From assembly GCA_910585905.1 (NCBI GenBank), contig CAJUID010000013.1, positions 807 through 64,806 of the forward strand: a stretch of 64,000 nt of DNA, in the 5' to 3' direction. Position 1 is the stretch's first letter. Every line of letters starts with the position of its first letter. This DNA comes from an uncultured Lachnospiraceae bacterium. Lineage in GTDB: Bacteria > Bacillota > Clostridia > Lachnospirales > Lachnospiraceae. The position numbers and the translations under genes are program-made. A model generated the notes under the pieces. It saw only the letters and a list, made by a program, of their open reading frames with translations, had not been told where the DNA came from and searched no databases. Positions 54,804-64,000 of this stretch are shown piece by piece.

Positions 54804-57701
54804 CTAATGCGCCTCTTTCCAGTTTCTTCCTTCTAACACCTCAACCTCCAGCGGTACAGAAAGCTCTACCGCCTTTGGCATTTCCTCCAGCAGTATTTTC
54901 CGGATTATTTCTTTTTCTGATTCCAATGTCTCAACCAGAAGTTCATCATGTACCTGAAGTACAATTTTTGATTTCAAGTTTTCTGCTTTTAGGCGGTTTG
55001 CCACACGTATCATTGCAATCTTAATAATATCTGCAGCCGTACCCTGAATTGGCGCATTCATTGCCACGCGCTCACCAAAAGAGCGCTGTACAAAATTAGA
55101 AGATGAAATCTCAGGAAGCGGCCGCTTTCTGCCAAACATTGTTTCCGAATACCCAAGCTTCTTCGCCTTTTCGACTAGCCCATCAATAAACTTCTTTACT
55201 GCAGGATACATAGCAAAATACTGGTCAATATAAGCTTGCGCCTCTTTCTTTGATATATTTAAATCCTGGCTCAACCCAAATGAACTAATTCCATACACTA
55301 TTCCAAAATTAACCGCCTTTGCATTTCTTCTCTGTAAATCTGTTACTTCTTCATATGGTGTATGAAATACTTTGGATGCCGTACTGCGGTGGATATCCTG
55401 ATTTTCTAGATATGCCTCAATCAACCCCTCATCCCCTGACATATGTGCCAGCACGCGCAGCTCAATCTGGGAATAATCGGCATCCAGAAAGATACAGCCC
55501 TCCTTTGGCTGAAACACTTTCCTAATTTCCCTTCCAAGCTCCATCCGAATTGGTATATTCTGTAGATTTGGGTCGGTACTGCTAATTCTTCCCGTCGCTG
55601 TTATTGTCTGGTTAAATTTTCCATGTATCCGCCCGTCCGGTTCAATAAATACGGGAAGTCCGTCCGCATAGGTTGACTTCAATTTACTGACTTGACGGTA
55701 ATCCAGTATTTTTGCCACAATCGGATCCTCATTTTTCAACTTTTCCAAAATATCGGCCGAGGTCGAATATCCTGTCTTTGTCTTTTTTGCGAACGGAAGC
55801 TTCATTTTGTCAAACAATATCACCCCAAGCTGCTTTGGCGAATTTATATTAAACTCCTCCCCGGCAAGGTCATAAATATCCGTCTCCAGTGCCGCCACCT
55901 TTTCCCCCAGAAGCTTCGATATCTGTCCAAGCTCTTCCCGGTCAGCATGAACGCCTTCCCGTTCCATCTGATATAGATAATATACGGTTGGCATCTCCAC
56001 TTCATCAAGAAGCCTCTCCATCCCCCTGCCTTTTAGCTCACCCATTATTTGATCTGCCGCCATAAAGGTAACATAAGACAGATTGCCAAGATAATGAATT
56101 AATTTATCTGCAAGCTCACCTTTTTTCTGGTCATCGCACAAAAACTCCTGGTATTCTGTCTCCAAAGCAAGTTCCGACAACCTTTGTTTTCCAAAATAAT
56201 CCTCATAAGACGGAACCGTCTTCCCAAGGAAATCTCTTGCAATATCATCAATTCGGTAAGAATCTTTTAGTGGATTAATCAGATAAGCCCCAACCGAAAT
56301 GTCAAAGATTTGAGAAAATAATTTCCTTGTCTGTTCTATTGTCTCATCTAAAAATGCTTTCTGGCATGGAGCCTGCCTTTCTGGTGAAAGTGGTATCGCA
56401 GGCGCCGTTAAATGCATTGCATTTTTCCAATCTAACAATGCAAGCTTTGGAATTTTTCTCCCCAATTCCTGTACTATATCCAACAAAAATTCCGCCCCAA
56501 GCTCTTCCGACTGAAACATGCAGGCAGTCAAAACCTCATCTGCAAGGTATGTGATACTTATACCCAAAAAAGGGTATTCCGTATCAATATCCTCCGCCTC
56601 ACCGACAGAAAGAGACATGCTTTCCTCATCAAAAACCAAATTCATCTGTCCCACAGGCTTTTTCCTTGTCTTTTTTAAAACGGCACCAGAATTACTCCAC
56701 TCATCCCCCAAAAAACCTATGGAAACCATCTGTGGGTTGACAGAAAACAGACTGTCCACAAACTCCGAAACTTCCCTTTTTGTACCTAGGCGCGCCATCT
56801 TTCCCTCTGGTTCCGACTTCTGGGAGCGGATGGCAGGATCAAACCTATTTTCAAGTGATTTTAATTCCAACTCCTTAATCCATTCAAATGCCTCTTCTGT
56901 AAACAAATCCACATATCTTGCTTCCTCAAAAGAAAAATCAACCGGGCAGTCTGTTTTGATCGTGGCAAGTTCTTTGCTTAAAAAAGCCAAATCTCTATTT
57001 GCCCGCAAAAGCTCCCTCGCCCTCTTTGGCTCCACCTGCTCAAGATTATCATACGCTGCTTCTATTGTAGGAAAGGCTGCCAAAATCTTCCCAGCTGTCT
57101 TTTCTCCCACACCTGGCACTCCTGGTATATTGTCTGCCGTATCGCCCATCAGCCCTTTCATATCAATAACCTGCTCCGGCGTTATCCCATATTTTTCTAT
57201 AACTTCAGCCGTATGATAGTCCTCAATCTCCGTCCCTCCCCTCTTTGTCTTAGGGATTCGGATTAATATTTTATCAGAGGCAAGCTGCAAAAGATCCCTG
57301 TCCCCTGATACCAGTGACACATCTTTTCCTTCTGCCTCCGCAGCCTTCGCAATCGTTCCCAAAATATCATCTGCCTCAAATCCACCCTGCATAATCACGG
57401 GCACTTTCATTGCGCGCAACACATCCTGAATCACTGGCACCTGCTGCATTAGCTCTTCTGGCATCGGCTTTCTAGTTCCCTTATACGCACTATACATTTT
57501 ATGGCGGAAAGTCGGCTCCTTTACATCAAAAGCAACGGTCAGGTAATCCGGCTTTTCCTCTTCCAAAATCTTAAGTAAAATATTTAAAAAGCCAAACACT
57601 GCATTAGTGTGTAGCCCCTTGGAGTTTGTCAAATCTGGCACACCATAATATGCTCTATTTAAAATACTATGCCCATCTATTAATACAATCTTTTCACTCA
57701 T
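54804..57701 (-). CDS. polA: DNA polymerase I
   Basis: 5'-nuclease domain (LIDGHSILNRAYY) and polymerase motifs A, B and C (DYSQIELRVLAH, RRNAKAVNFGIVYG, QVHDELLVE). Confidence 0.95.
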   Translation of the reverse strand: MSEKIVLIDGHSILNRAYYGVPDLTNSKGLHTNAVFGFLNILLKILEEEKPDYLTVAFDVKEPTFRHKMYSAYKGTRKPMPEELMQQVPVIQDVLRAMKVPVIMQGGFEADDILGTIAKAAEAEGKDVSLVSGDRDLLQLASDKILIRIPKTKRGGTEIEDYHTAEVIEKYGITPEQVIDMKGLMGDTADNIPGVPGVGEKTAGKILAAFPTIEAAYDNLEQVEPKRARELLRANRDLAFLSKELATIKTDCPVDFSFEEARYVDLFTEEAFEWIKELELKSLENRFDPAIRSQKSEPEGKMARLGTKREVSEFVDSLFSVNPQMVSIGFLGDEWSNSGAVLKKTRKKPVGQMNLVFDEESMSLSVGEAEDIDTEYPFLGISITYLADEVLTACMFQSEELGAEFLLDIVQELGRKIPKLALLDWKNAMHLTAPAIPLSPERQAPCQKAFLDETIEQTRKLFSQIFDISVGAYLINPLKDSYRIDDIARDFLGKTVPSYEDYFGKQRLSELALETEYQEFLCDDQKKGELADKLIHYLGNLSYVTFMAADQIMGELKGRGMERLLDEVEMPTVYYLYQMEREGVHADREELGQISKLLGEKVAALETDIYDLAGEEFNINSPKQLGVILFDKMKLPFAKKTKTGYSTSADILEKLKNEDPIVAKILDYRQVSKLKSTYADGLPVFIEPDGRIHGKFNQTITATGRISSTDPNLQNIPIRMELGREIRKVFQPKEGCIFLDADYSQIELRVLAHMSGDEGLIEAYLENQDIHRSTASKVFHTPYEEVTDLQRRNAKAVNFGIVYGISSFGLSQDLNISKKEAQAYIDQYFAMYPAVKKFIDGLVEKAKKLGYSETMFGRKRPLPEISSSNFVQRSFGERVAMNAPIQGTAADIIKIAMIRVANRLKAENLKSKIVLQVHDELLVETLESEKEIIRKILLEEMPKAVELSVPLEVEVLEGRNWKEAH

Positions 57702-57717
57702 ATGCTGCCTCTCTCTT

Positions 57718-58020
57718 CTATAATAGAATCATACATCCAATACAAAGAACCGCCAAAAACGCTATCTTTCCCAGATACATAATACGGCACCTCGTCAAAT
57801 ACTCCTGCGCATCCCGCAGCTTTTCTTCCGAACCAACCCAGTTTTTTTCAGACTCTTCCTCAAGATAACGCATACCCATTATCATAGTATAGTAAATATC
57901 AAATTCTTCCCTGCAGTCCTGGCATTCTTCCAAATGTCTTAAAAATGCGTCCAATTCTCCCATCCTCAGCTCATTGTCAATAAATGGAATATACCTCTCC
58001 TGCACCTCTTTACAATCCAT
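57718..58020 (-). CDS. zf-HC2 (anti-sigma-factor-like) zinc-finger membrane protein, orphan
   Basis: The pattern C-x23-H-x3-C-x2-C (MDCKEV ... HLEECQDC) with a C-terminal TM helix. GAGGGGG RBS upstream. Confidence 0.6.
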   Translation of the reverse strand: MDCKEVQERYIPFIDNELRMGELDAFLRHLEECQDCREEFDIYYTMIMGMRYLEEESEKNWVGSEEKLRDAQEYLTRCRIMYLGKIAFLAVLCIGCMILL

Positions 58021-58034
58021 ACCATAATTCCCCC

Positions 58035-61000
58035 TCATTCCTGAACCCACTTTACCCTGCTTCCATGGCTTTCTTTACTAACTACTAATTTATTAGGAAT
58101 CTGTTCTTTTAACTCAGATACATGGGAAATCACCCCAACAAGCCGCCAATCTCCTGCAAGCTCCAATAAAACCCGAACCGCTGTACTCCGCACTTCTTCG
58201 CTGAGCGAGCCAAACCCCTCATCAATAAACATAGTATCTAAATGCGTCCTACCCACTGTATGCTGTACCACATCTGCCATTCCAAGCGCCATAGAAAGGG
58301 ACGCTAAAAATGTCTCCCCACCAGAGAGGGTTCTCGCATCCCTGCTTTTTCCGGTTATCGGGTTGTAAACATCCAAATCAAGCCCGGCTTCTCCCTGTCC
58401 CGTCCCATTTAATTCCCGGCATTTCAACAAAAAATCACCAGAGGCCATCTTCGCCAGACGTTTATTTGCTGCCTGGATAATCTGCTTAAAATATTGCCGC
58501 AGTATATATGTCTGGAAATGTACCTTCCCGTTCGCTGCATCATTTAAAGAACGCATCACCTTCACATTTTCTGCCAGAGAATCTTTCCCCCGCAAAAGCT
58601 CCGCCACTCTCTTTAAAATTTTATAGTTTCCCTGGTACTGGTAAGAACTCTTTTCATATTTTTTCTGCAACTCGTCCAAATGCCTTTTTAATTCTTTCTT
58701 CTGCTCCTCTAAGTCGGCAAGCTCCGCCTTTTCCTTTCCTTTCGTCTGTTTTCCAAGCATCTTTACTTTCTCTTCACACTTCGCCACCTGAAGACTGTAT
58801 TCCTCTATACGTCCCTTTCTCTCTCCCTGTCCTTCAATCAGTAAAACAGCCCTTTGAAACGCTTCCTCGTCCTCAAATCCCTGCTTCACAAGCATTTCCA
58901 GGTAACTCTTTTTTGATTCCTCCAGTTCTTTCAATAGTTTTTCAAGATGCCTGTCATTTTCAATCTGATTCCCAAGAAGCGTATCATATTCTTTCCGGCT
59001 TTTCTCTGCAGACTTTTCCAGTTTCCTTCCCTTGTCACGCAGTTGCTCCAATTCCTCACCGAGAAGCTCTAGAGCCTTTCTCCCCTCTTGTGCAGAATCG
59101 CATGTGGCCTTTTTGCTAAGCATCGTTTCCTGCGCTTCTAAAGCCTTTAACTCACCGACCGCCACCTGTAACCTTTCTCTCTCCAAATTCTGTTCTTTTT
59201 CACCCGCCATAACAAGCTGCACAACATCCGCAAGCTTCTGCTTTTTCATATCTTTTTCTTTAAGCAATTTTGAAAGACGCTTCCATTCTGTAACAATATC
59301 GTTCTGCGCGCGCTCTCTCTCCGATAAAGTATCCTCAAGGCAATGTGGTATCTCATGCAGCGAATACTCTTTTTCAAATAACTCCATACTCCCTGCCAAA
59401 AGAGCCTTTTCCAGCTCCCCAAATGTTGTTTTTGCCGCCTCAAACTGAAGGATACATTGCTCTTTTTCCCCCTGACATGCCTGCTCCTTCTTCTGCGTGC
59501 TTTCTAATACCTTTTTCGTCACAGTATTTTCAGTAAACCTTGCCGGGGATGGATGTTGAAGCGAACCACAGACCGGACATGGCCCCCCATCCGCAAGCTC
59601 CATTGCCAAAAATGCCGACTGGGCTGCGATATACGCATGGTTCTTCTCCTCATACTCATGCCTCACCTTTTCCCATTTTTTTATGGAATTTACAAGTTCT
59701 TTTTCCCTTGCCTGCATTTCGCCTCTTTTCTCCTGTGCCTCTTCGTATTTCTTTTCAAATCGCTTTAACAGTACAATTTTTTCCGCTATCTCATCCTTTC
59801 TATGCTTCGTCTTTTCGAACAATACTTCCAACTGCCTGTTCTCCTCCAGCCATTCTTCTAATTGCCCTTTTAACGTCACAAGCTTTTCCCGTTCCTCCTC
59901 CATTTGACGAAGCACATCTTTCCGAGTAGAAACTTCTTTCCGCAGATTTTTGCTTTCCTTTCGGCATCTGGTAAGCTCCTCCCAAACTTTTAACTCCTCT
60001 GCCAAACGGTTCTGTTCCTTTAATATTTCCGGCTGTCTTTTCTCATATTCCGTCATCCAGGCATCATACTGTTTCTGAGCCTTTTCCCTCTCCCGCTTCC
60101 ACCTGGATTCCAAAACCTGGTATTCCTCCTTTTTCTCCTCTGTCTGGGCAACTTCCATTTTTAGCCGCAAATAATTCTTCCAGATTGGTTGCACCTCTTT
60201 TGCCGCATTTGCGCACGCAGTCTCTTCCTCAAGTCCTTTTATCTCCTGCCTTTTTCCATCCAGCACACTCTTTCTCTCCAATGCTTTCTGGTATTCATCC
60301 AAGAGTTGATTCATCCGCATTGATTCCTGATACTCGTCCTTTTTTTCAGAATATCGTTCCTGCCCCTTTTCCAACTCCTTTTTTAGACGGCCACATTCTC
60401 TCTTCTCTTCCTTTACCCGTCCCTCCAAAAATACCTGCACCCGCTCCGGCTCTGTCTCAACAAAGGCAAAAACCTCTTCCAAACGCGCCCTCTCTTGCTC
60501 CTCAACGGAAATGCCCCCCAGCGCTTCCCTAAGTTTCGTTGTATTTTCTTTTACAGCCAACAAACATGCCTTATATCTCTCTAATATTTTTTTCTCAATC
60601 TTCTCATACAATTCCGTCGAGAATATCTGCTGAAAAATCTCTTTCCGCCGCCCTGTTTTATCTGTAATTAATTCCTGGAATTCCCCTTGTGCAATCATCG
60701 CTATTTTGCTAAACTGCTCTGCGGTAAGTCCCACAATCTCCTGAATCTTACGGTTTGTCTCAACAGCCTTTCCATGGAATTCCTTTCCATCCGGCATAAT
60801 TAGGCTTACCCTACCAAGCTGCTTTGTCATCCCATATTCCCCATCTTTATTTTTTCTTCGGGATCTTCTCTCATAGGAGGGAAATCTTTTAATAGTATAA
60901 ATATCCTGTTTTCCTGCATTGCCATAGGTAAATTTATATTCTACATATGTCTCCGTGGAATCAGAAGCATACTCACTCCGCATCATGTTTCCTTTGCGCT

Positions 61001-61175
61001 CTTTTCCACTCATTGTATCATACAACGCAAACATAATAGCATCAAAAATTGTTGACTTCCCAGCACCGGTATCGCCGGCAATCAGAAAAAGGCCATGATC
61101 CATCTGTTCAAAATCAATTGTCTCTACCCCTGCATACGATCCAAAAGCAGACATCACCAATTTCCTAGGTTTCAT
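58035..61175 (-). CDS. sbcC: SbcC/Rad50-family exonuclease ATPase subunit
   Basis: N-terminal Walker A GDTGAGKST, a long coiled coil with the CPVCGS zinc hook, and a C-terminal LSGGE signature and Walker B (MFIDEGFG). Confidence 0.92.
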   Translation of the reverse strand: MKPRKLVMSAFGSYAGVETIDFEQMDHGLFLIAGDTGAGKSTIFDAIMFALYDTMSGKERKGNMMRSEYASDSTETYVEYKFTYGNAGKQDIYTIKRFPSYERRSRRKNKDGEYGMTKQLGRVSLIMPDGKEFHGKAVETNRKIQEIVGLTAEQFSKIAMIAQGEFQELITDKTGRRKEIFQQIFSTELYEKIEKKILERYKACLLAVKENTTKLREALGGISVEEQERARLEEVFAFVETEPERVQVFLEGRVKEEKRECGRLKKELEKGQERYSEKKDEYQESMRMNQLLDEYQKALERKSVLDGKRQEIKGLEEETACANAAKEVQPIWKNYLRLKMEVAQTEEKKEEYQVLESRWKREREKAQKQYDAWMTEYEKRQPEILKEQNRLAEELKVWEELTRCRKESKNLRKEVSTRKDVLRQMEEEREKLVTLKGQLEEWLEENRQLEVLFEKTKHRKDEIAEKIVLLKRFEKKYEEAQEKRGEMQAREKELVNSIKKWEKVRHEYEEKNHAYIAAQSAFLAMELADGGPCPVCGSLQHPSPARFTENTVTKKVLESTQKKEQACQGEKEQCILQFEAAKTTFGELEKALLAGSMELFEKEYSLHEIPHCLEDTLSERERAQNDIVTEWKRLSKLLKEKDMKKQKLADVVQLVMAGEKEQNLERERLQVAVGELKALEAQETMLSKKATCDSAQEGRKALELLGEELEQLRDKGRKLEKSAEKSRKEYDTLLGNQIENDRHLEKLLKELEESKKSYLEMLVKQGFEDEEAFQRAVLLIEGQGERKGRIEEYSLQVAKCEEKVKMLGKQTKGKEKAELADLEEQKKELKRHLDELQKKYEKSSYQYQGNYKILKRVAELLRGKDSLAENVKVMRSLNDAANGKVHFQTYILRQYFKQIIQAANKRLAKMASGDFLLKCRELNGTGQGEAGLDLDVYNPITGKSRDARTLSGGETFLASLSMALGMADVVQHTVGRTHLDTMFIDEGFGSLSEEVRSTAVRVLLELAGDWRLVGVISHVSELKEQIPNKLVVSKESHGSRVKWVQE

Positions 61176-62389
61176 TCGATCCTCCCATCCGAAAGCCCGT
61201 CCAATATAGCCATAAACTCTGTTTTTTCTGATTCATTCATCTGACGCCCAGCCGAATCCTTAAAAAATGCTTCAAATGCCTCAAATGGTGTTAATTCCTG
61301 CATATCCTGAATCTCTTCCTCTAACATTTTTTTGGAGCGCAGGTTATCTATCTTAATCTCCAGAATATGGCCATAATACCGCTCCAAATATTCCTTTGGC
61401 TCCTCCAACGGTTCCTCATCTGTCAGCGTAATACTGACATAATCATCTACATCGTTAATCCCCGCAGCCATAGAAGCCACTTCCTCAAGCGTTCCCCTCA
61501 GGCGCTGTATTTTCCGCAAAGGCTCCAAAGGGATACTCTTCACAGTAACTTCACCTTTTTTACCAAATTCTACAACTGTCGCTGACTTCTCCTGGGCAGC
61601 TTCACTCACAGAATATGGATATGGTGCCCCACAATAGCGAATATGCCCTGAGCCAAGATTTTGCGGGCTGTGAATATGCCCAAGCGCAACATAATCAAAA
61701 CGTTCTACAGTTGTGGTATTCACTGCGTCTAACCCCCCTACATACAAGCGCGGTGCTTCTGAATCGCATTGTTCTGGAACCTTACCACCATGAAGATAAA
61801 ATTGATGGGATACCAACACATTGCGCTCCGACCAGTCAATCGTCTCCCTCTCCAGCAAAAAACGAACCGCATCATCTGCAGACTCCAACCGTTCTCCCCC
61901 GGCAAGTCCCCGAAGCATTCCCACACTTGTATATGGCAGCAAATAAAAATTCACATTTCCCTGCCCATCCGAAAGAGTAACTTTCTGAATTCCCTCCTGC
62001 TCCTCCCTAGGCGGAAACACCGCAATATGGATATGGTGCCGTTCCAAAAATGCACTCCCATAACGAAGTCTTGGCGCCGAATCATGATTTCCCGCAATTA
62101 TCAGAAGCTCAATCGGCTTCTCCCTTTCTGACAGCCCTGCCGCTCCCTGTAACTCCCCAGAACCATTAGAAAGCCCATCAATCCCTAGAAATAGCTCCTC
62201 CAGCAATGCCATCGCACTACCCGAAGGCACTGACCTGTCATAAATATCTCCCGCAATCACAATTGCATCTGGCCGCTCCTTCTTAGCCGCATTCATAAGG
62301 CTTTGAATTATTTCACGCTGTTCTTCTATCAAATCATATCCATGTAACTGTTTACCAAAATGTAAATCCGACAAATGAAAAAACTTCAT
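61172..62389 (-). CDS. sbcD: SbcD/Mre11-family nuclease subunit
   Basis: Phosphoesterase motifs HLSDLHFG, GDIYD, GNHD and GHIH. There is a 4-nt overlap with sbcC. Confidence 0.92.
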   Translation of the reverse strand: MKFFHLSDLHFGKQLHGYDLIEEQREIIQSLMNAAKKERPDAIVIAGDIYDRSVPSGSAMALLEELFLGIDGLSNGSGELQGAAGLSEREKPIELLIIAGNHDSAPRLRYGSAFLERHHIHIAVFPPREEQEGIQKVTLSDGQGNVNFYLLPYTSVGMLRGLAGGERLESADDAVRFLLERETIDWSERNVLVSHQFYLHGGKVPEQCDSEAPRLYVGGLDAVNTTTVERFDYVALGHIHSPQNLGSGHIRYCGAPYPYSVSEAAQEKSATVVEFGKKGEVTVKSIPLEPLRKIQRLRGTLEEVASMAAGINDVDDYVSITLTDEEPLEEPKEYLERYYGHILEIKIDNLRSKKMLEEEIQDMQELTPFEAFEAFFKDSAGRQMNESEKTEFMAILDGLSDGRIE

Positions 62390-62464
62390 GATAAACCCCA
62401 TTTCTGCATAATTACACGCAATCACGTTCTAACATACCATACTCAATTTATCTTACTATTCCTT

Positions 62465-63982
62465 TTACAAATCTAACCCTAAAGCCTTTCCTAATTTTTC
62501 CTCCTTCATACCATGAATTCTAGCTCCTTTTGAAATATTAACAAACTCTATCCCTTTTATTCCCAGAATTCTTTTTTCAATCCACTGTCTATAAATATCC
62601 AGCGTCCTACTAGTATAAATATATTCTGTTTGGATTCCTTCTACCTGTCGGAGATTCCTTTTATCTGCCAGATCATTTCCAACACCCTGCGCATGTGTGC
62701 GCTCCCCTGGATACCCCATATCCAACCCGACACATATCACTCTGCTGCACTGGAAATTTATCAGCAGATCCAGCGCAAATGTGGCTACCGATCCTCCGGT
62801 CTGATAAATATCAAATCCATGTTCCTTGGCATATTGCTCAGCATCTGGATATCCCTTCTGAAATGCAATATATCTTTTTCCCTTGTACAGATGTACCACA
62901 TTGTAAGCTGCCGTGCTCAGATAAATCAACGGCACACCGCAATCTTCTATCCCACAAATCCGGTATCCTGTTTTTCTGTGTCCATCCGTCATAACTATAT
63001 AATCAGGCACTACTCCTGCATCAATCAGTTTTTTCGCAATTTTCCCTACACATACTAATATTGTATTTGAAGCGTCTCTCTGTTTCAAATATTCTAGATT
63101 ATCATCAAGCGATGGTCCTGCTGCCGCCAAAATAACTTGCTTTCCCTTAAACACATCTTTTAATGCAGAAACCTCTTCATCTTGTTTTTCAAGGTTAAAA
63201 TTGAAATTTTCCCGCAATATACCATTCATATTTTCCGCAGAAGAACTCTCAATCTTATAGTTTTCCAATGCCTCACGCAATGAAACATCCTCTATCGCCC
63301 TAACTGATGGATACCAGACACAAACTTTGGCATTTTCCTTTACTTCTGCCAAATAATTTAAATAATCTTTCCTATCAGGACAATATATGATTTCCAATTT
63401 CCAACGTTTTAAAATATGTGACAAATCACGATAAGACAACGCAATTGCCAACTGGTTTAAATCATGTTCCAATACAACTACTTTGCCAAACGTTGGCTGG
63501 TCTACTAAAAATTCTATGTGGTATCCCATCCCAAATCCTAATACAAGATATTCTTCCGCCTCCAAGTTGGATTCTGTAAAGAGCATTGCCTCCTGCCACG
63601 GATTGCACATTGAATTTATTCTCACCGTACTCTGCTCTGTAGCTATCTCTAAAACCAAATCCCCTGTTCTTGCCCAACTAAGCTGATACTTGTCCGGAAC
63701 ATTCTCCCTGCATTCCAAAACTTGTCTATAAATTTGTGGGAACCTTTCTTTCAAAATCCTACGGTTCTTTCCCCATTGATCTAGTAAGAGATTCTCTGAT
63801 GTCTCAAATAAATTCTGCTGCATTTGATATAGCATAGGAAGGATTCCCTCCTCATAGATGTCTGCCAGCTTCGTCCCATCCTGCTCTTCCATAGCATCCA
63901 AAGCCATACCAAGCATAGGTAAAAACTCTTGTGCATCCTCGCCGGGCAGGTTTCCAAGGTAAACCTGCATCACATTAATCAC
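62465..63982 (-). CDS. Motility-associated factor (Maf)-like protein, DUF115/MptE-like domain; 5' end may lie beyond the window
   Basis: Central DUF115-like block (VILAAAGPSLDD ... VCVGKIAKKLIDAGVVPDYIVMTDG). The frame stays open upstream of the GTG at 63982 to the window edge. Confidence 0.65.
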   Translation of the reverse strand: MINVMQVYLGNLPGEDAQEFLPMLGMALDAMEEQDGTKLADIYEEGILPMLYQMQQNLFETSENLLLDQWGKNRRILKERFPQIYRQVLECRENVPDKYQLSWARTGDLVLEIATEQSTVRINSMCNPWQEAMLFTESNLEAEEYLVLGFGMGYHIEFLVDQPTFGKVVVLEHDLNQLAIALSYRDLSHILKRWKLEIIYCPDRKDYLNYLAEVKENAKVCVWYPSVRAIEDVSLREALENYKIESSSAENMNGILRENFNFNLEKQDEEVSALKDVFKGKQVILAAAGPSLDDNLEYLKQRDASNTILVCVGKIAKKLIDAGVVPDYIVMTDGHRKTGYRICGIEDCGVPLIYLSTAAYNVVHLYKGKRYIAFQKGYPDAEQYAKEHGFDIYQTGGSVATFALDLLINFQCSRVICVGLDMGYPGERTHAQGVGNDLADKRNLRQVEGIQTEYIYTSRTLDIYRQWIEKRILGIKGIEFVNISKGARIHGMKEEKLGKALGLDL

Positions 63983-64000
63983 TTTCTTTGCTGACTCAAA

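Noticed and set aside
56518-57216. 232-aa plus-strand ORF antisense to polA. Similar long antisense ORFs occur at 58508..59119 and 59032..59448 (within sbcC), 50199..50750 (antisense to gtrA and GntR), 29824..30477 (antisense to dusB), 5636..6145 (antisense to thiG and thiS) and 1200..1538.
   Set aside because: Each lies entirely within a confidently identified gene on the other strand. They have low-complexity Ser/Pro/Leu-rich composition, no RBS and no recognisable motif, which is typical of stop-poor antisense frames.
54804-57701. PolA is 965 aa, longer than the 870 to 930 aa I recall as typical, which suggested a possible insertion or intein.
   Set aside because: The extra length falls in the poorly conserved central (3'-5' exonuclease-like) region. 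It has no intein splice motifs or endonuclease signatures that I could see, and it is most likely lineage-specific linker expansion.

Overview
This 64 kb window looks like core chromosome from a low-GC, Gram-positive anaerobe. Gene content suggests Clostridia, possibly Lachnospiraceae-like, but that is inference only. I can support about 62 protein genes, and roughly 90 percent of them are on the minus strand.

Recognisable blocks, in order:
- GNAT and P-loop kinase-like pair
- AraC/GyrI regulator
- thiS-thiG-thiH-thiE operon with a structured leader
- LysR regulator
- Four-subunit 2-oxoacid:ferredoxin oxidoreductase operon (gamma-delta-alpha-beta)
- Split purO/purH pair behind a clear ZTP (pfl) riboswitch
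- Orphan ABC solute-binding lipoprotein
- Hypoxanthine/uracil-type DNA glycosylase, then aroB
- Secreted Big_2-serpin fusion
- Bfd-like 2Fe-2S protein
- feoA-feoA-feoB plus a 45-aa Cys-rich gene that is absent from the ORF track
- A 977-aa secreted GH43 multidomain enzyme
- A short (probably truncated) large serine recombinase
- CarD-like regulator, putP, a divergent stand-alone MraY-like transferase
- dusB, coaX, birA, ornithine carbamoyltransferase
- NfeD/SPFH pair, HD-GYP protein, hemZ-like radical SAM, MBL hydrolase, relA/spoT
- C39-like peptidase
- Two TagF-like glycerophosphotransferases flanking an FN3-rich secreted protein
- Signal-less S8 protease, cheV, gtrA, GntR regulator
- Three-gene glycosyltransferase-like cluster (including a CgeB/DUF3880-like protein)
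- coaE, polA, an orphan zf-HC2 protein, sbcCD, and a Maf/DUF115-like gene at the right edge

I found no rRNA, tRNA, CRISPR array or intact mobile element.

I did not find a convincing new multi-gene system such as a defence island. The observations I think most deserve follow-up are:
- A non-canonical thiS leader. It may be a terminator-embedded HMP-PP-type riboswitch rather than a TPP aptamer.
- A family of structured intergenic repeats present at five or more loci.
- Clustered TTAGTT/AACTAA palindromes in the feo operon.
- A leader with a 21-codon uORF that abuts a terminator upstream of the GntR-GtrA unit.
- The TagF / FN3-unknown-domain / TagF cluster.
- The Big_2-serpin.

All functional calls come from motif recognition by eye, and no searches were run.
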